Assembly: GCF_963853765.1 (NCBI RefSeq)
Contig: NC_088861.1
Location: 26,350,001-26,414,000, forward strand
Reading direction: 5' to 3'
Length of the DNA: 64,000 bases
Source of the DNA: Magallana gigas
Taxonomy: Eukaryota
The notes below the pieces were generated by a model. That model did not search any database, was not told where the DNA came from, and saw only the letters and a program-made list of their open reading frames with translations. This document shows, in pieces, positions 34,401-48,400 of this stretch. Position 1 is the first letter of the stretch. The number at the start of each line of letters is the position of its first letter. The translations under genes were made by a program, and so were the position numbers.

Positions 34401-37400
34401 AATATAGAATTAAGATACACTTAAGAACTGCCTACCACAACAGATACTACGATTGGTCCACGAATTATCCAATCAAATTTGTGTTCGGGACTGTGCGTAC
34501 TCCAACACCTGACAAAAATGCAACAAAGCATAATTGATATCACTCCATAGAAACTATTATGAAACAATTATTGCTAAAATTTTAAAAATATAATGCAAAT
34601 ATAATGTTGGAATGTTTGTGGCGTTTTTATGAAATGTGTTTCAGGAGTGAAATATGTGGTCATTAAAATATATGTTTATATTTACTAAGTACCCTTTATC
34701 ATTACAGCGATATTAGACCGTGATTTACAAATTATTTGAAACTTGCGACCAAATTTTGATTTAATGATATCCTCTCTTGAAATGTTATAACATCCTTGTA
34801 ATACCGTAAAACATACACGATTTGAGGCTGTTTTGTATAGAATTTTTCACAATTGAGCGTCCTTCAGATCCTTTATTCCTTTATAGACTTAACATATTTG
34901 CCGTAAGGGCAACACAGTCATATCAAATTATACCGTTAGTTAACTAGGCATAAGCATAACATTTTGTGATTATGGACGCTTTATTTAAAATTCCAGTCAA
35001 AGAACTCCTAAGAAAATTTACAGATACTTGCAGTGTGTCCTCTAATGTTTTTCGAACAACTACCCATGGAACAATGCACAAAACCGGAAAACCTGAAATA
35101 AATTCCGAACAATGTTTAAATAACATAGTTACAATACATAATTGTGACTCTAGAGTAGCACACTCCCTATATTTTAAAACTTCACTCGAATCTTAATAAG
35201 TCTATGATCACAACTTACAACCACATGTTTAAAGTACATGTATATCATTCACAAATTAGGCAAGTTTTCTTGTAACAATTTGTTTAAAGCACATTCTAGA
35301 ACATAACACACATTTTCAGTCAATCAGGAGGCGTTAAATATTACATTATATGATGCATTTAATCGTCGATAATTTCTCCTAGCTCACAGCGACGTCAAAT
35401 TGACTAGAGAGTCGTACACAAGGGAGAGATATTTTTGATTGACGCAAAACTTTTGATTATTGGGTGACATTCTAAGAAAGTTTAAAATTGGTAAAATGTG
35501 AAAAATTAAGAAGAATCCCCTTAGTTATTGCTTCAATTTTACTAAATATGATATAAAAATATGTTGTCCAATGCGTTTCCCATTCTTGATAAAAAATATT
35601 ATCTTTTAATAATTAGGTATAAGTCGTTGAATATGTGATCATTTCTTATATTCAACATTAAACTGAACAATATTGAACTGAACAAAATTGAACTATAACT
35701 AGTAAACACTGAGATGGGGACCATCTCAAGGAGCCCTTCTTGAATAATGGACTATGAGATGAAATGTCAAAGAATTTTGCTTTGACCTTGACCTATAACT
35801 TAAAAAATTTTCAGCTGGCACAGAACTTCTTATTCAATCTCATTACCCCTTACATACATGTACACGAATTTTTGTTCAATCTGAGCAAGATTAAGCAAAT
35901 GAAAATTATCTAGTCTAAAACTGATTATAAAGAGATTTGCTACAGACTTCACATTGACATGGTTCAAGATCACTGCGCCCATTCAACCAAAAGGCTCTGT
36001 TAAAGTAAAGTATTTTCCGGAAAAAACTATGTGTAGAGTATAATTTTATGTAAGCTCTTTAAAAAAGAATTTTTTAAAATTTGATATGATCTTTACACTT
36101 GTACAAAAATCATTCAAGATTAATAAATACTCTTTGATAAAAGACATTATGTATGAGCCAGACTGGAGCAAATGAAGAAAAGATATGCTCCGAACAAGGA
36201 TTTTTCATATAATTAGGACCCTCAAATTTGACCTTGAAAATTGGTTCCAGGTCACAACACAACCTTTACTCAAAAGCTCTGTTTATGTGAATTATGAGTC
36301 AAATAAGGCTTAGTGTTCTGAAAAAAAGATTTTTGCATGGTCTGATATGACCGTGACCTACAAACTTCATTCAAGGTTATTGCACACCTTCTAACCTCTA
36401 ACCAAAGATACTCTGTGAGTAAATTATGAGCCAGATTTATCCAGGGAGAGAGAAACTATGCCCTGGATTTAATATATAATACTGTCATGACCTTAACCTT
36501 AGACTTAGAATCATGGTTCAAGGTCACTGCATATTCTTAACCTAAATGCATTTTGTGGGTGAAGTATGAGCCAGATTGGGCCAAGGGGGAAAAGATATGC
36601 TCCGGACAAGTGATCTCAGATGGACGGAAAGAAATATGGACGGACAGACTGATCACTATAGGGCACCCGCAGAGCGGAGTCCTAATTAGGATGGATTTAG
36701 AAACAGGAACATTAAAAATACGTTCCATATGGGAAATAACATGTTTACTTTTGCAAGAGTGTTACAAAAAGTATTATTGGTGCACCTCTAGACAAACATG
36801 TCACTGATCTTCGCGTACGTGAGTACTTTTGTGTCAATATTGTTGCTTTGGCTTAGGATAATGCATCTAATAAATTTATGTTTATGTTGTATATTTTCGT
36901 AATAAACGTAAATGTATTACCAAATGTTACGCAATCTTGCTAAAAAAAAAGCAATCTTGTTACAAAAGTAAGGTATCTCTGTTTTTGGATTAGAATTCTG
37001 TTGATATAATAAAAGCAAATAATTTGTTCTTCAAATTACTGGCTTCGAAGCAAAAACAATTTTATGCATAATTATTGAAAGTATATTAAAGAGTGGTTGA
37101 AAACTTCAATAACTTTTGTTATCGTTTTGGGGTTTTTGTGATCTTTACATTAACCCGTTGTGGGGGACTATTGACCCAGTGGAAGTAGATAACAAATCAA
37201 ATGATTAAATCTCGTTTGCTATCCTAAGCTAAGAAAAATAAGATGACTGTTCTTGATGAAGATTCCAGTATCAAGGGATGTTTGCAAAATATTAAGTACC
37301 ATTGATTCCATTAAGATAAAAAGAACTACAAAAATTGGATATTTATTTCCCTATTATATATAACTTTGTTCTGTGGCAATTAGGGGGTCTTGTTTTTTGA

Positions 37401-40400
37401 GTTCGTTGGATTTTTGTCCTCGGCTTATACAAAATCAACCCCATGGTAATTGCAGAGACACACGTTTGCCACAAAATTTTGCTTAATCTGTTAATGGGTC
37501 TTTTGTTGTATAATTTGTTGAGGGTGAAACATTGGTTTCATTTTTCTGTAACTTACCCCATCCAAACACAATCAAATATCGATGAAATTTCTTGGACTCC
37601 GTCATGGTCTTAAAAATCAATGAATGTAAGTAGGCTCCCTCTACAAAGATCCAGGTGTAGCTTGCGAGAATGGCGTAATTAAACACTGAATGGACTAATT
37701 TGCAAGGCCATGTCTGAAACAAAACATAAACCCTTTTCTAAGTCATCAAAGTAATGGGCTTTGGTGAGATTTTTTTTAGATTATGGTGATAATGCAGTTT
37801 GATATCGATCTTTAAATGCAATTTATTGTACGTTTCAAGTGCTCGTTTAATTGCATTTAAAATCGAAGTCCTTGACAAAATGTACATTGTAAAAAAAAAA
37901 GAACGTTCCTAATCAATGTTTACCAATAAGTTGGATTTAAAAAAAACCCAAAGAGTTTACAATCTCTTTCACGGACAACGCAGTAACTTTATATTTTAGT
38001 TTGTACCTCTCTAATAAATAAAAATATGAAGAACAAAAAATATTTGCATATAATTTAGGTTTGGCATCATATATGATGAATCGTTGTATCAGTTTAAGTA
38101 GAAAAGGGGGATGTTGTTTCAGAATAATCTAATATTACCTGATAATTAAGTTGAATAATATGTTTAAGTTATAGGAACATCAAGGCGTATTTAAATCTAC
38201 TTTTATTATATTGGTTGGTTTGTGGTCCTCAGTTTTTTCATATTTTTCGTTGATAGCATATGCTATTACTTTTCACATATTTTGACATGCTTTAACCTAG
38301 CTACCAATTGAAGAAGATAACTTACACTAAAAAAGCTTATAAACTTGTTCTCTTGATCTTTTTCATATAATGGTACCATGTGAACTTGTACTTTTAATTA
38401 CCTCTTCTGTTTCACAGTGTCAGAAGGGCAGTGTACAGTGTTTGTCGCAGCAAGTAAACAAATTGAACACATACATGACGTAGCTCTGCGTACAGTCAAC
38501 GTCAGAGTTATTTTAATTGAATGATTTACAATAGCTTTAAAACTAAACCATAAAAAAATTTTCAGAATATTCATCACTGCCATCTATTTATTCTCTTTCT
38601 CATCTTGAATAGAATACCAAATGCTTTTAGTTTGTTAAAAAATATAATATACACTTAGAAAATCGATGATCTCCTTAAGAATTTTGAAAGTATACCCTCT
38701 TTGTACAACATGTTTATCAAAACTAGAACGTGAACAACGGAATCAAATGTGACCATATACATGTATTCCGAAATGAATGTCTGCTTTCAGAAGCACATTT
38801 TTACTTGTGAAATACTAGTTAATTCACTAGTTAAAAATAAACCAAAATTCGACGTGTGGCATCATTTTTGCTGCTTTAAGAATACACACTCCTTGTAAAA
38901 CATAGTATACATCCCACATATTGGGGTACACATGGTGTGATATCAGAAAATATTGAAAACAATTTTATAGATTAAATTGAACTACCGTTCCAACAGTTGA
39001 AAGTTTAGCTGTTCCGCCCTCCACATGTGACCGGCCTTCCGGAACTGTGTATAAGTCTTTGACAAAACAGATGATAGCCCGCAGCATAAAGCAGAGGAAC
39101 ATGTTTAAGTGAATGGTATTTCTTGGGCATCGAAGTTTTCTACAATTATATTGAATTTCATGTTTGCAAATTCTTATAGTAATTTAGACTTTTGTTGGTA
39201 TGTCAGAGAGTTCTGACCTCAATTGCGACTGAAATATTTATAAAACCCACTGAAAATAAAAGCGTCCTATGACATACCATATGAAACCCAGAAGAGCAAG
39301 CATTCTGAGAGTATTGCATAAGCGTCCCCTACCGGTTTGTATTATTCTATGAAAGCTTCGAAGCATACATTTATAAACGAGATGTTATGTTTTAATCAGA
39401 GATAAAAGAACAGAGGAAATTCAAACTAAATTGTTGATATAGAAATTAAACAAAAAATGGGTAAAATAATACACTTTATTTTATCTCCTGTAATGTCGCC
39501 AAGTCGTTTAAGTATTTGCTGGTAGAAATTTGTGAAAACAATGCACTGTTATGCAGAATACCATTTTTTTTTTACAGTTTTCTGTACCCCGAATTAACAG
39601 ACCAACCCGATAACGAACCCGATTGAAATAATACAAAAAACCCTGTGGATTAAATTTCCAAAACAATGATTGATTCTATTTTACAAGACTTATTTGTTTG
39701 ATAGAAACAATAAAAGGAATGGTACAAGTAATGCACAATATTATACCTTACTACATATTTTCCTCGTTTATTTAATGCACACCGAACCCGATGACGAATC
39801 CGAACATTAAAAAAATGGAATATAAAAATTAATTTTCTCGAAAATATGTCAACCAGACGCTATAAAAGTGTAAACTTGATCTGTAGTTTTACATTTTGAA
39901 GCTGTTTAGCAAATTTTATATTATTCTTTAGACGCATAAAGAAAAAAAGTGTGGAAAACTGAAGTGGGACAAACAGACGGACAGACAGACAGACGGACTG
40001 ACGGACGCAGAGTAAAGCTATAGCCCCCTCCGGTGAAACCGGTAGGGGACTTATAAATATCCCGTTAGATGAACGCAACTATTCTATGGAATGAAATGGA
40101 TTAATTTACTTTTAGTTTCATGCAGCAGAATTATTACATTATCATTAGTTAGATTTTGCTAGAAGAGGAAAATTAAAAACAACCAGCTTCAGTTGCTATA
40201 GTTCAATCTGATCATACCTGAAAATCAGCATAATGGCAACTGCTATCGACAAACATCCAAAGGACAGACAATACCCAGTTGTTACTATTCCATAGATGAT
40301 TTCAAGATGCGTAAACGTCTATCAAAAATCATGTAAGAAATGTATAACGTTGTAAACATATGTCTAGATTTTTTTTTTATTTACATAAACATGTACATGT

Positions 40401-43400
40401 AATACATGTATCTACTGAAAAGAATACTTGGCAGTCGACACCTGAAATCTTGAATAATTTGTGGGAAAATTTTGTTTTTAATTGCACCATCCAAAACATA
40501 TGAAATTTAAGGCCAAATAAAAAGTGTTATAGTTTCTGTTGTCAGGAAAGATTTGATTCATTGCAGAAATGGAAACATCACATTATAAACATATTTTGTG
40601 AGTAAAAAACATTCCAACAATATTTACCAAGTTTTAGTTAAATATTTTTAAGTGTTATAAGTAATAATTGATGAAAATACATCATGAAAATATTGACAAA
40701 ATGGATCGACAGGGTAACTTGAAACAAGCATATTCGAGGGTTTGTTTTATAGACCTCGACGTGAGATTTAAGTTACTGAATTGACAGAAAATCATTTATA
40801 GTAATAACCTTTAAGAGGTTCCCTTTTGGTCTGTTTAGACACCCAGTGAAATTGGTCCATCCAGTTACATTGATATCCGGATGTTTGTACCATGTACCAT
40901 CCTTGCGACAATGTCGGGTTGCTCGACCTAGTATACATGTACAAAAGCGAAACCAAACAGCAGCATTATCGTATAAAAATGAGTATATCAAAGTGTTTAA
41001 CACAATCGCAATGATTAATGATGCTGACCATCAACCAGAATACTTAATTAAAAAATAAAAGCTGTGTTTCATTCGCCGAAACCAAGCATGTGAACATGAT
41101 ACATAATCAAGGACGCGAAAAGTTCCGACTGAGATCAGTACATATATCAGTACATAATAACGTGATGTGAACGTTTTTAGTATATGCAGCGAATATGTTT
41201 GTACAGATGAATGGGAAAAGGCAAGCATGGTATATCTGATTTTGTTTGTATATTATATTGATGAGGAAAAAAGTTGATAGCTGCTTTTTCACAAAGAGCA
41301 AAAGTATTTCTAATTAACAAAAAAGGGTGTTCGACGTAATTTCGAATGAGTTCATCTTTTCTTCATATGCAAGCATAAAGTTGTAAACAGGCATGCATAA
41401 ATGCTTGTCTACCTTTACCTGACGGTAACTTTTGTTTCTGTTATACCTTTGAATATTACCTGTAACGTTGAAATTACTGATGTAACTAGGACAATACTGC
41501 GCAGCGGTTGTCCCTGCAGCCGTCGGTGGCCAGCACATGACGTCATCAAACGTAGAATCACACATCAAGCCTAATCATAAAATATTATTTCAATTAAAAA
41601 AACTGAAAAATCTTTTCCCCCTTCAAGTGTAAATATAGACCAAAATATGGTTCTGCTGCACGAAACATTTTAATATTAAACTTTCAATAGATAAACAAGA
41701 ATGTTATTTTATATGTCTAGAAAATTTCTTTCCGGGAAACAAACGCTATTACAAAGGTATTCGATCCAAAACTCCCTACTTCTTGTTAATTTTACGGTGT
41801 TGACCGGAAAATAAAAAAAAAAACGTGTTCTCCCCTGTTTTCGTAAAATATTGGTTCGCTAACGTTTAAATACATAAATTTAAAATGCAAGTTAATATGA
41901 GTAGTATTTGAATTGTGATGTCAATATGCAAAAATACGAAGGCAGGACACAGGTCTAGAACAGTTATACAACTGTATAATAGCAAACCTATGATAAAATG
42001 TCTGAATAATTAGTATTTGTTCCTGGAAATAAGATTGGTTTGAGATGTATTATGGACAATCTCAAGCGATTCTTAATTGTACAATAAAATCAACTCTCTG
42101 TTAAAACAGACAAATTGATACAAATAATTTCCGGCGATTCTTAACAGTACAGTATAAGCAAATGTCCGTTAAACTATGGAGGGTAATCGTGTTCAAAAAT
42201 CCAGACATGTAAACTTCTTAATCCGAATATGTAATCGTGTTTATGTGTGAGCCTGAGCATGAATATGTGTAATTCTGATCGTGTAACCTATAAAACTCGG
42301 GCATAAACACATGTAAGATTTGACTCAGTTCCTTCGCATGATGCACATTTTGCAACTTTATTGTTTACATTAGGTAATTAAACCTTCAACTTTGCACACT
42401 TTCAATCCGTAGTTTCTGCGTCTGTAACTTCAGGCTCGGCAATAGCACATCTGACATGATACAAATTGACAAATGTAAAGTCTACAAGTTTGTCGAATTT
42501 TGACATGACCTTATATGGCAACTGCCTTGCTGCGGGAAAAGGCATGCCGTAACGGCCGGACCGGAATGAACGAAAAATAAACATAATATTCAGCTAAACT
42601 GTTGCAATAAGCTATTAATGAACGACACCTTTTCTATCGAAAACACCGGTATTATTTTTAGAAAAAAAAATTGAGGTATGATTGAAACTGGACCAAACAG
42701 GAAGAGGTTCATGTAGAAAAAAAATCGTTGCCGATGTGACGAATGCGCTAATTTCCGTAATATAATTCTTATGGTATTATAAAAGGAAATGCCTAATATC
42801 TTATATCTCTAAAAAATTGACATGTAATTTAAACTGGAATATAAGTAAATGCGTACTCTTTTCTAGAAATGAGACGGATCAAGAAATTTCCTAAGGGGGT
42901 AAATATATTTTGAGCAGCATGGGGTTCGAAGACCGCCGTGAGGTCCCATGTAACTCCATTGCTTCTGAATTCTAAGAGTGAAATTTTAACCGGGTTTCCG
43001 ATTATTGAAATAGTTAAAATTGCAGACGGGCGAGTGGCTGTCAAAAAGGTACCCTTATTGTACCAATAACTCCTCGAACAGTTTTCAAGATAGGAAGTTG
43101 TTCTTTTGCAGATCATTTATACGTATATATCAGAAGTATGCAAATTGCTAGGATTTTGATTTCTGATAATTTATAAAAATATCCGCTGTTGAATTTAGTC
43201 ATTTTTGGGCAAAGACATTGCATATAGAGTACCACATTTTTACTCTTGTTATTTTTCTGAATTAGTTAGAATAAACGACCTGCAATGATTTGGTAAAATT
43301 CGCGGAAAAATTTATGTTACTTTACGTGTATTTATACTTTTGGTTGTTGTGTAAGTGAAAGATAAATAATAACACAATCTTCAATAATAATTTAAAAAAA

Positions 43401-46400
43401 CTAGAGCAAAGCTCGTTGCAAAGCAACGAGTGGGTCTTCCGGTAATGTCGGAAGTAAAGCAGGAAGTTCCTGTAAGAAGCAGAGCTCTTAAATCAACAAC
43501 AAGAGTAACTAAAACAAAAAGATGAAAAAATCGAATTATTCCTGGTACGACTTAACAAAATCCGAATGATTTTAAGTATGAATTAACAAAAACCTTTCTG
43601 ATTTCAAGAACGACTTGACAAAAAAAATCCGAATGTGTTCAAGCACGACTTAACAATTATTTTTGGTACGAATTAATTTTACTTTGAACATTACGCTATT
43701 TTTTAAACCAAGGACGCGGAATCAAAATTTCCGGAAAAATCAATTTTTAAACCCCGATATCTCTGTAATGCTTTGTTTGATTTTCAAACATATTTCAGAT
43801 TTGAATTCACCATGGCAAGTTCTATAAGACTGTAGTATTGTCTTATTTTGTTCAAAAAAATGAAAATTTCCAAAAATTGGAACTGCTTCCGGTTTTGAGC
43901 AAAATTGATGAACAAAATTTTAAACCCCCCAGTACATTATAGAATTGATACATCTATCATCAGTAAAAAATTCAAAGCGATATCTTTAAAGTTAACGGAG
44001 ATCTCTTCCGGACAAAATCACTTTTTTTAAATTAAAAAATGGCCGCCAAATTTGAGCGGAAGTGACGTAAATGCTTAAACTTTAACATCTTTGAGGCACG
44101 GTAGGTTTACAAAAGCTCTGAAAATTTCATTGAAATCGGATGAAAACTTTTTGAGATATAAAGCCGAGAAGGAGTCAGAAAAAAAATAAAAAATAAAATA
44201 ATAATAAAAAGAAACCGAAGAAAAACAAGAGGGTCTTCCGTTGGAAACGGAAGACCCTAACTAGCGCATATTTTTTGTGCGCCGTAAATTGAAGTTTTAC
44301 TATGGGAGGCAGTGTAGCTCAAAGATCGTCCATCTGTATTTTTAAACAGGGAGCTACAGACCTGCAGCTAGCTCACAAGTGGCTGTAAAGCTGTATTATA
44401 CTAGCTCTCCAGAAAATTTTTATCAGCCAACTTCACAAAGTTAGTCTGTATTGAACCGACATTCAGGACGTCATACTCAATCCCGTAATAATTGCTAAAA
44501 ATAATTTTAAAAAAATGTCAATTTTTACCTTTATGATAGGCTTTTTTTCCTATATATTGCCGACAATGCAAAGAAACAATTCTTAAAATAATTTATACAC
44601 ATTTTAATTTCACGATAACTTTGTAACTCAGCTGACGGACCCCGTGTAATTTTTCGCGTGGGGGGGGGGGGGGGGTCTTGTCACAACTTTTTGGTAGCGA
44701 TAAGGATGCATTTGGAGATATTTTCTTAATTCAGCCGAGGCCTATACTTTAACAATTTGTTGCATGTACTCTAATAACAGTGGCGTCGGAAGCAAATTGA
44801 AGGGGGGGGGGGGAGCTAAACTAATCATGAAAAATATTGACAAGAATTCCCATCATCATGAAAATTCTAATCCGTGGGGGAGGGTATACCAATAACTCCA
44901 ATCTTACCTGTCCAATTTTTTCCCCCCAAATCATGAAATTCCTAATCCGTGGTGGTGGTGGTGGGGGGGGGGGGGGGGGGGGCTAGTATACCTACTATGA
45001 CTCTAATTTTCAATAAACTATTAATAATTCATTCTCTTTAAGGTCTTTTAAGGAACAATTTTGTTTGTTGAGAGGAAAAAGTAGGGTTGGGGGGGGGGGT
45101 TTGTTGAATCCTCCCTGTTGCTATGTTCCTAATGGTTAGGTCTAACTTGGCAAAAAAGTGGGGGGGGGGGCTAAGTCCCACCCCTAGCCCCCCCCCCCCC
45201 CTCCCGGTTCAGACGCCTATGAATAAAAATGCGTATATATCTTTATACACGTGTATTCAAACAAAGTCATTAAATGTAATTGTTTTCAGTTCTAAGAGGA
45301 TATCTGAAGCCGATCGAATTCTTTACTCGCATCTTTTATACATTCTCTTGATTAAATGTACACCAATCTCATAATTTAATTTTCCGAAAAATAATACTCT
45401 ATGAAATGTTGTTATCCAGAGATAATATGATTATAGGCTTACCTAATATTTTTTTTTATTTATTCCGTCCCTATTCCGGCGATTACGGCATGCCTTTACC
45501 TGTAGCTAGCCTTTTTCTATCAGTGACGTCACTGTTTCCATATAAGGTCATGTCAAAATTCGACAAACTTGTAGACTTTACATTTGTCAATTTGTATCAT
45601 GTCAGATGTGCTATTGCCGAGCCTGAAGTTACAAATGCAGAAGCTACGGATTGAAAGTGTGCAAAGTTGAAGGTTTAATTAACTAATGTAAACAATAAAG
45701 TTGCAAAATGTGCATCATGTGAAGGAACTGAGTCAAATCTTACACGTGTTTATGCCCGAGTTTTATAGGTTACACGATCAGAATTACACATATTCATGCT
45801 CAGGCTCACACATCAACACGATTGCATATTCGGATTTACAAGTTTACATGTCTGGATTTTTGAACACGATTACCCTCCATATTAAACAGGCAAATGTATT
45901 AAATATAAAGTTTGTCCGTTTCCTGTTGAAAGTTGTTGGCTACTTAGCGCATCAAATTTCGATTAAGGGTTCCATAAATATCTTCATCCATATAAATAAA
46001 CCCATTTTGTGTAGAGAAATTAAATCAATATTCGTACAGTTAATTTGTACAGTGAAAATTGTATATATAGGATTGTATACTAAAGACATTTATTATATAG
46101 AAGGGACACTATTAGTTTTGTACGTGCGTCATTTTCAAAACATTCAGATCCCTTAGACAAACGTTTATAGACTTCATTATCAATTTTCAACAGTGCATGA
46201 TTGTATTTCTGTCTCGAGGGCACTATCAAGTCAGAGGAAAAAAATCTGTATATAATCATGGACCAGCTTAAATTTATATATTCAAAAACTATTCCTTATA
46301 TTGTTATTCCCGCTTTAAAAAAATAATGAAAAAAAAACCATGAATCTTGTCAACCTTGAACAATTAGCCAGTATATGCATGCACCTAACTATGCTTGCTC

Positions 46401-46544
46401 ATTGTCAAAATATAAAGAAAACACAAACCTACCTTTGTGTGACGTGTTGGTCCATTTTGTTAGCTGGTCGTAGGTGCAATTTCGTTTGGCCTCCCTTAAC
46501 AAAATCCATTGTTGTTCATTAGGAATTCTCACAACTTGGATTTT
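31476..46544 (-). CDS. Class B1 (secretin/calcitonin/PTH/PDF-receptor family) GPCR, 12 exons traced, about 408 aa; N-terminal exon not identified
   Basis: Exons 46544-46433, 41570-41460, 40927-40809, 40318-40218, 39139-38986, 37713-37557, 35092-35032, 34508-34436, 34200-34115, 32834-32696, 31931-31890 and 31547-31476 join in frame (1227 nt). Hormone-binding domain C..TFDDVMCWP...CP...RHC..DGTW...WTNFTGC; KLRCPRNTIHLNMF; WIFVEGAYLH; FGWGFP; STLILIPLFG; NSFQGFLVAVLFCFTNAEV. Confidence 0.93.
33530..33950 (-). mobile_element. Degraded HINE in GPCR intron
   Basis: End motif GGACAACGGACAAATG..AAGCTCAAGTGAGCCTTCTGCTCAGG matches the 31-kb element terminus. Confidence 0.5.
35697..36685 (-). mobile_element. 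HINE with GACCTTGACC-type subrepeats in GPCR intron
   Basis: AACTAG end, repeated GACCTTGA/GGTTCAAGGTCAC units, GGACGGACAGAC microsatellite, terminal GGGCACCCGCAGAGCGGAGTCCTAA. Confidence 0.7.
39945..40056 (-). mobile_element. HINE terminal fragment
   Basis: (GACA/GACG)n microsatellite followed by the hairpin CCCCCTCCGGTGAAACCGGTAGGGG. Confidence 0.6.
42176..42580. repeat. Left arm of a ~400-bp inverted repeat pair in GPCR intron
   Basis: Reverse complement of 45459-45880 at visibly high identity. Confidence 0.9.
43401..44260 (-). mobile_element. Helentron-type non-autonomous element
   Basis: On the minus strand: 5' hairpin GGGTCTTCCG-TTTCCAA-CGGAAGACCC, 3' subTIR CGGAAGACCC, hairpin CTCGTTGC-TTT-GCAACGAG, terminal CTAG followed by T-run. 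Confidence 0.8.
44778..45221. mobile_element. Poly-G/poly-C MITE with 5-bp TSD
   Basis: CAGTGGCGTCGGAA ... TTCAGACGCCTATG flanked by AATAA on both sides. Confidence 0.6.
45459..45880. repeat. Right arm of the ~400-bp inverted repeat pair
   Basis: Reverse complement of 42176-42580, with a small insertion near 45515. Confidence 0.9.
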
Positions 46545-48069
46545 CTAAAAGAAATTCAACAGACAATGATTTCTTTTTAGAAACTTTTTCGTTTTCTATT
46601 TTCAATTTCGGTTTTTTGTTTAAGAAATACTTCAATATCCTGTCACTATGTTTTCATTTCTAAGGATGGCGTGGTCATGAAAACATGTTAAATTGCTCTC
46701 GGCTGATTGGTTATAAATGTCAACAGGTGTAACTTATGGGTTTTTTTTCACGACATGCAGAACAGTTTTGTAAAACAATGTTACAGCGATCACTCATAAT
46801 CGCATTTGTATCTAGTCCATTTATTCGTAAGCGTATAATGAATAAGAAGTGCATGTACGTTGTATAATAAAGAAGTGTGGTCTAACAAAACATTCTAGCA
46901 GGATGTTTATACATATTTGTGGCAGTTAATTTTTGTGTTTGCAAATTACAAGAAACTGTTAAATAATCGAGTACCATTTTAGGGAAAGAAGTTATACACC
47001 GAATGCTTTTTTACTTTCATTTTCAGTGGTTTTCAATACAGACGCATCTTACCGGAAACCGAACCTGACATCCCATCGCAAGATTTTGTTAGGAGATTGA
47101 TAACTAAATGGGATTTCATTAAACTGATCCCTCAATTTGTGTTATTTATTTTCACACATTGATAGTATTCTATATTTTGGCTCCTCATTCAATTTAGCGG
47201 CATAGATTCTTGGAACAGAATGACAATAGCACTCTAATTGCCGTTCGAGCAATGAACCTAAATATCAACGCTTTCTTAGCAACGTCCATTATTGATTTGA
47301 ATACTTCATTATTGGCTATATATGTAATCAAACATTGGTTTAAAACATATAAGTTAAACCTAATGTGCTCAGCAAATACAATGCTTAATAAGATGGAAAT
47401 TCACGCAAAAATTTTCTTTAAATGTCACCACATGGAGTTTGACTCGAAGTTCATTGACCATTTTTATACTAAACCATTTTTTAATTTAGTAATATTGTGT
47501 GTTCTATAGCCAAACCAACATGAACAGCTGAATCCTGACAATGGCAGAGATTTTCTGAATGCTTCCGTTGAACACATAGCTTTTATTCCATGGATGTTTT
47601 GTCACAACCTGTCACGGCATGTGGACCAGACATTAAATCAGATAGAAGGACCCAGCAATTTGGATTGATCATGGACAGAAAAGTATCACCTTCGATTTCC
47701 TGTGCTTTATACTCTCTCCGTCCTCTGGTGCCACATTTGGTCTGTGTCTGTCATTTCAGAAATGTAAAACATCAACCTCGTGCAATAAAATCTTTACACA
47801 ATCACCATCATCATCGGATCAAAATATGAATTTATCATGAAAGGGAATGTAAACATATCAATTGTACTTGCATAGCTGCTTCTTCACATGAATTTTAACA
47901 ACTGTTTAGGAAATGAAGATGGATCTGTTCGATAATTCCTTTGTTTTATACAGGATTGAAGATATAGCTAATATCATTTTTTATTCAGTAATTTCTTTAG
48001 TGTAGTACATCAGATGTTGAAAACTTGATAAAGAAACAGTTTATACTTTAAAAAACAAAAAGTAATTAG

Positions 48070-48400
48070 TGCACTATTTTTCTTGCCAAAAAGACATTGG
48101 ATCATGAATGTGCCTTAATGACCTTTGACATTGCACACCTGGCCCTGGGTCAAGTTCATGACACACCCTCGGGTGATAAGGAATATTAGTGTGTGTAAAT
48201 TCAGAACTTTCAATGCACGTTTTCCATACAATGAAAAAAAAAACGGACACAAATTTTGCCCATTTCCTTCCAGTGCCCTTGAGTATGCAAAATGTCCGGG
48301 GGTCAAAATCATGGCACACCATATGGTCATATGGAGTTTTTGTGTGGAGAGAAAAACTTCCAATGTTCCTCCAGAAAAGCCTGAAGGAAATCATTAAGCT
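48070..48400. repeat. HINE internal satellite-like fragment
   Basis: GACCTTTGAC/GGGTCAAG/GGGGTCAAAATCATGG subrepeats. Confidence 0.5.

Noticed and set aside
38398-38583. ORF inside the GPCR locus as an extra exon
   Set aside because: The flanking exons (39139-38986 and 37713-37557) already join in frame and give a complete TM2-TM3; no GPCR motif is present.
42402-45654. Two near-identical small ORFs (42402-42584 minus, 45406-45654 plus) as a duplicated gene
   Set aside because: They are translations of the two arms of the intronic inverted repeat; no domain signature.
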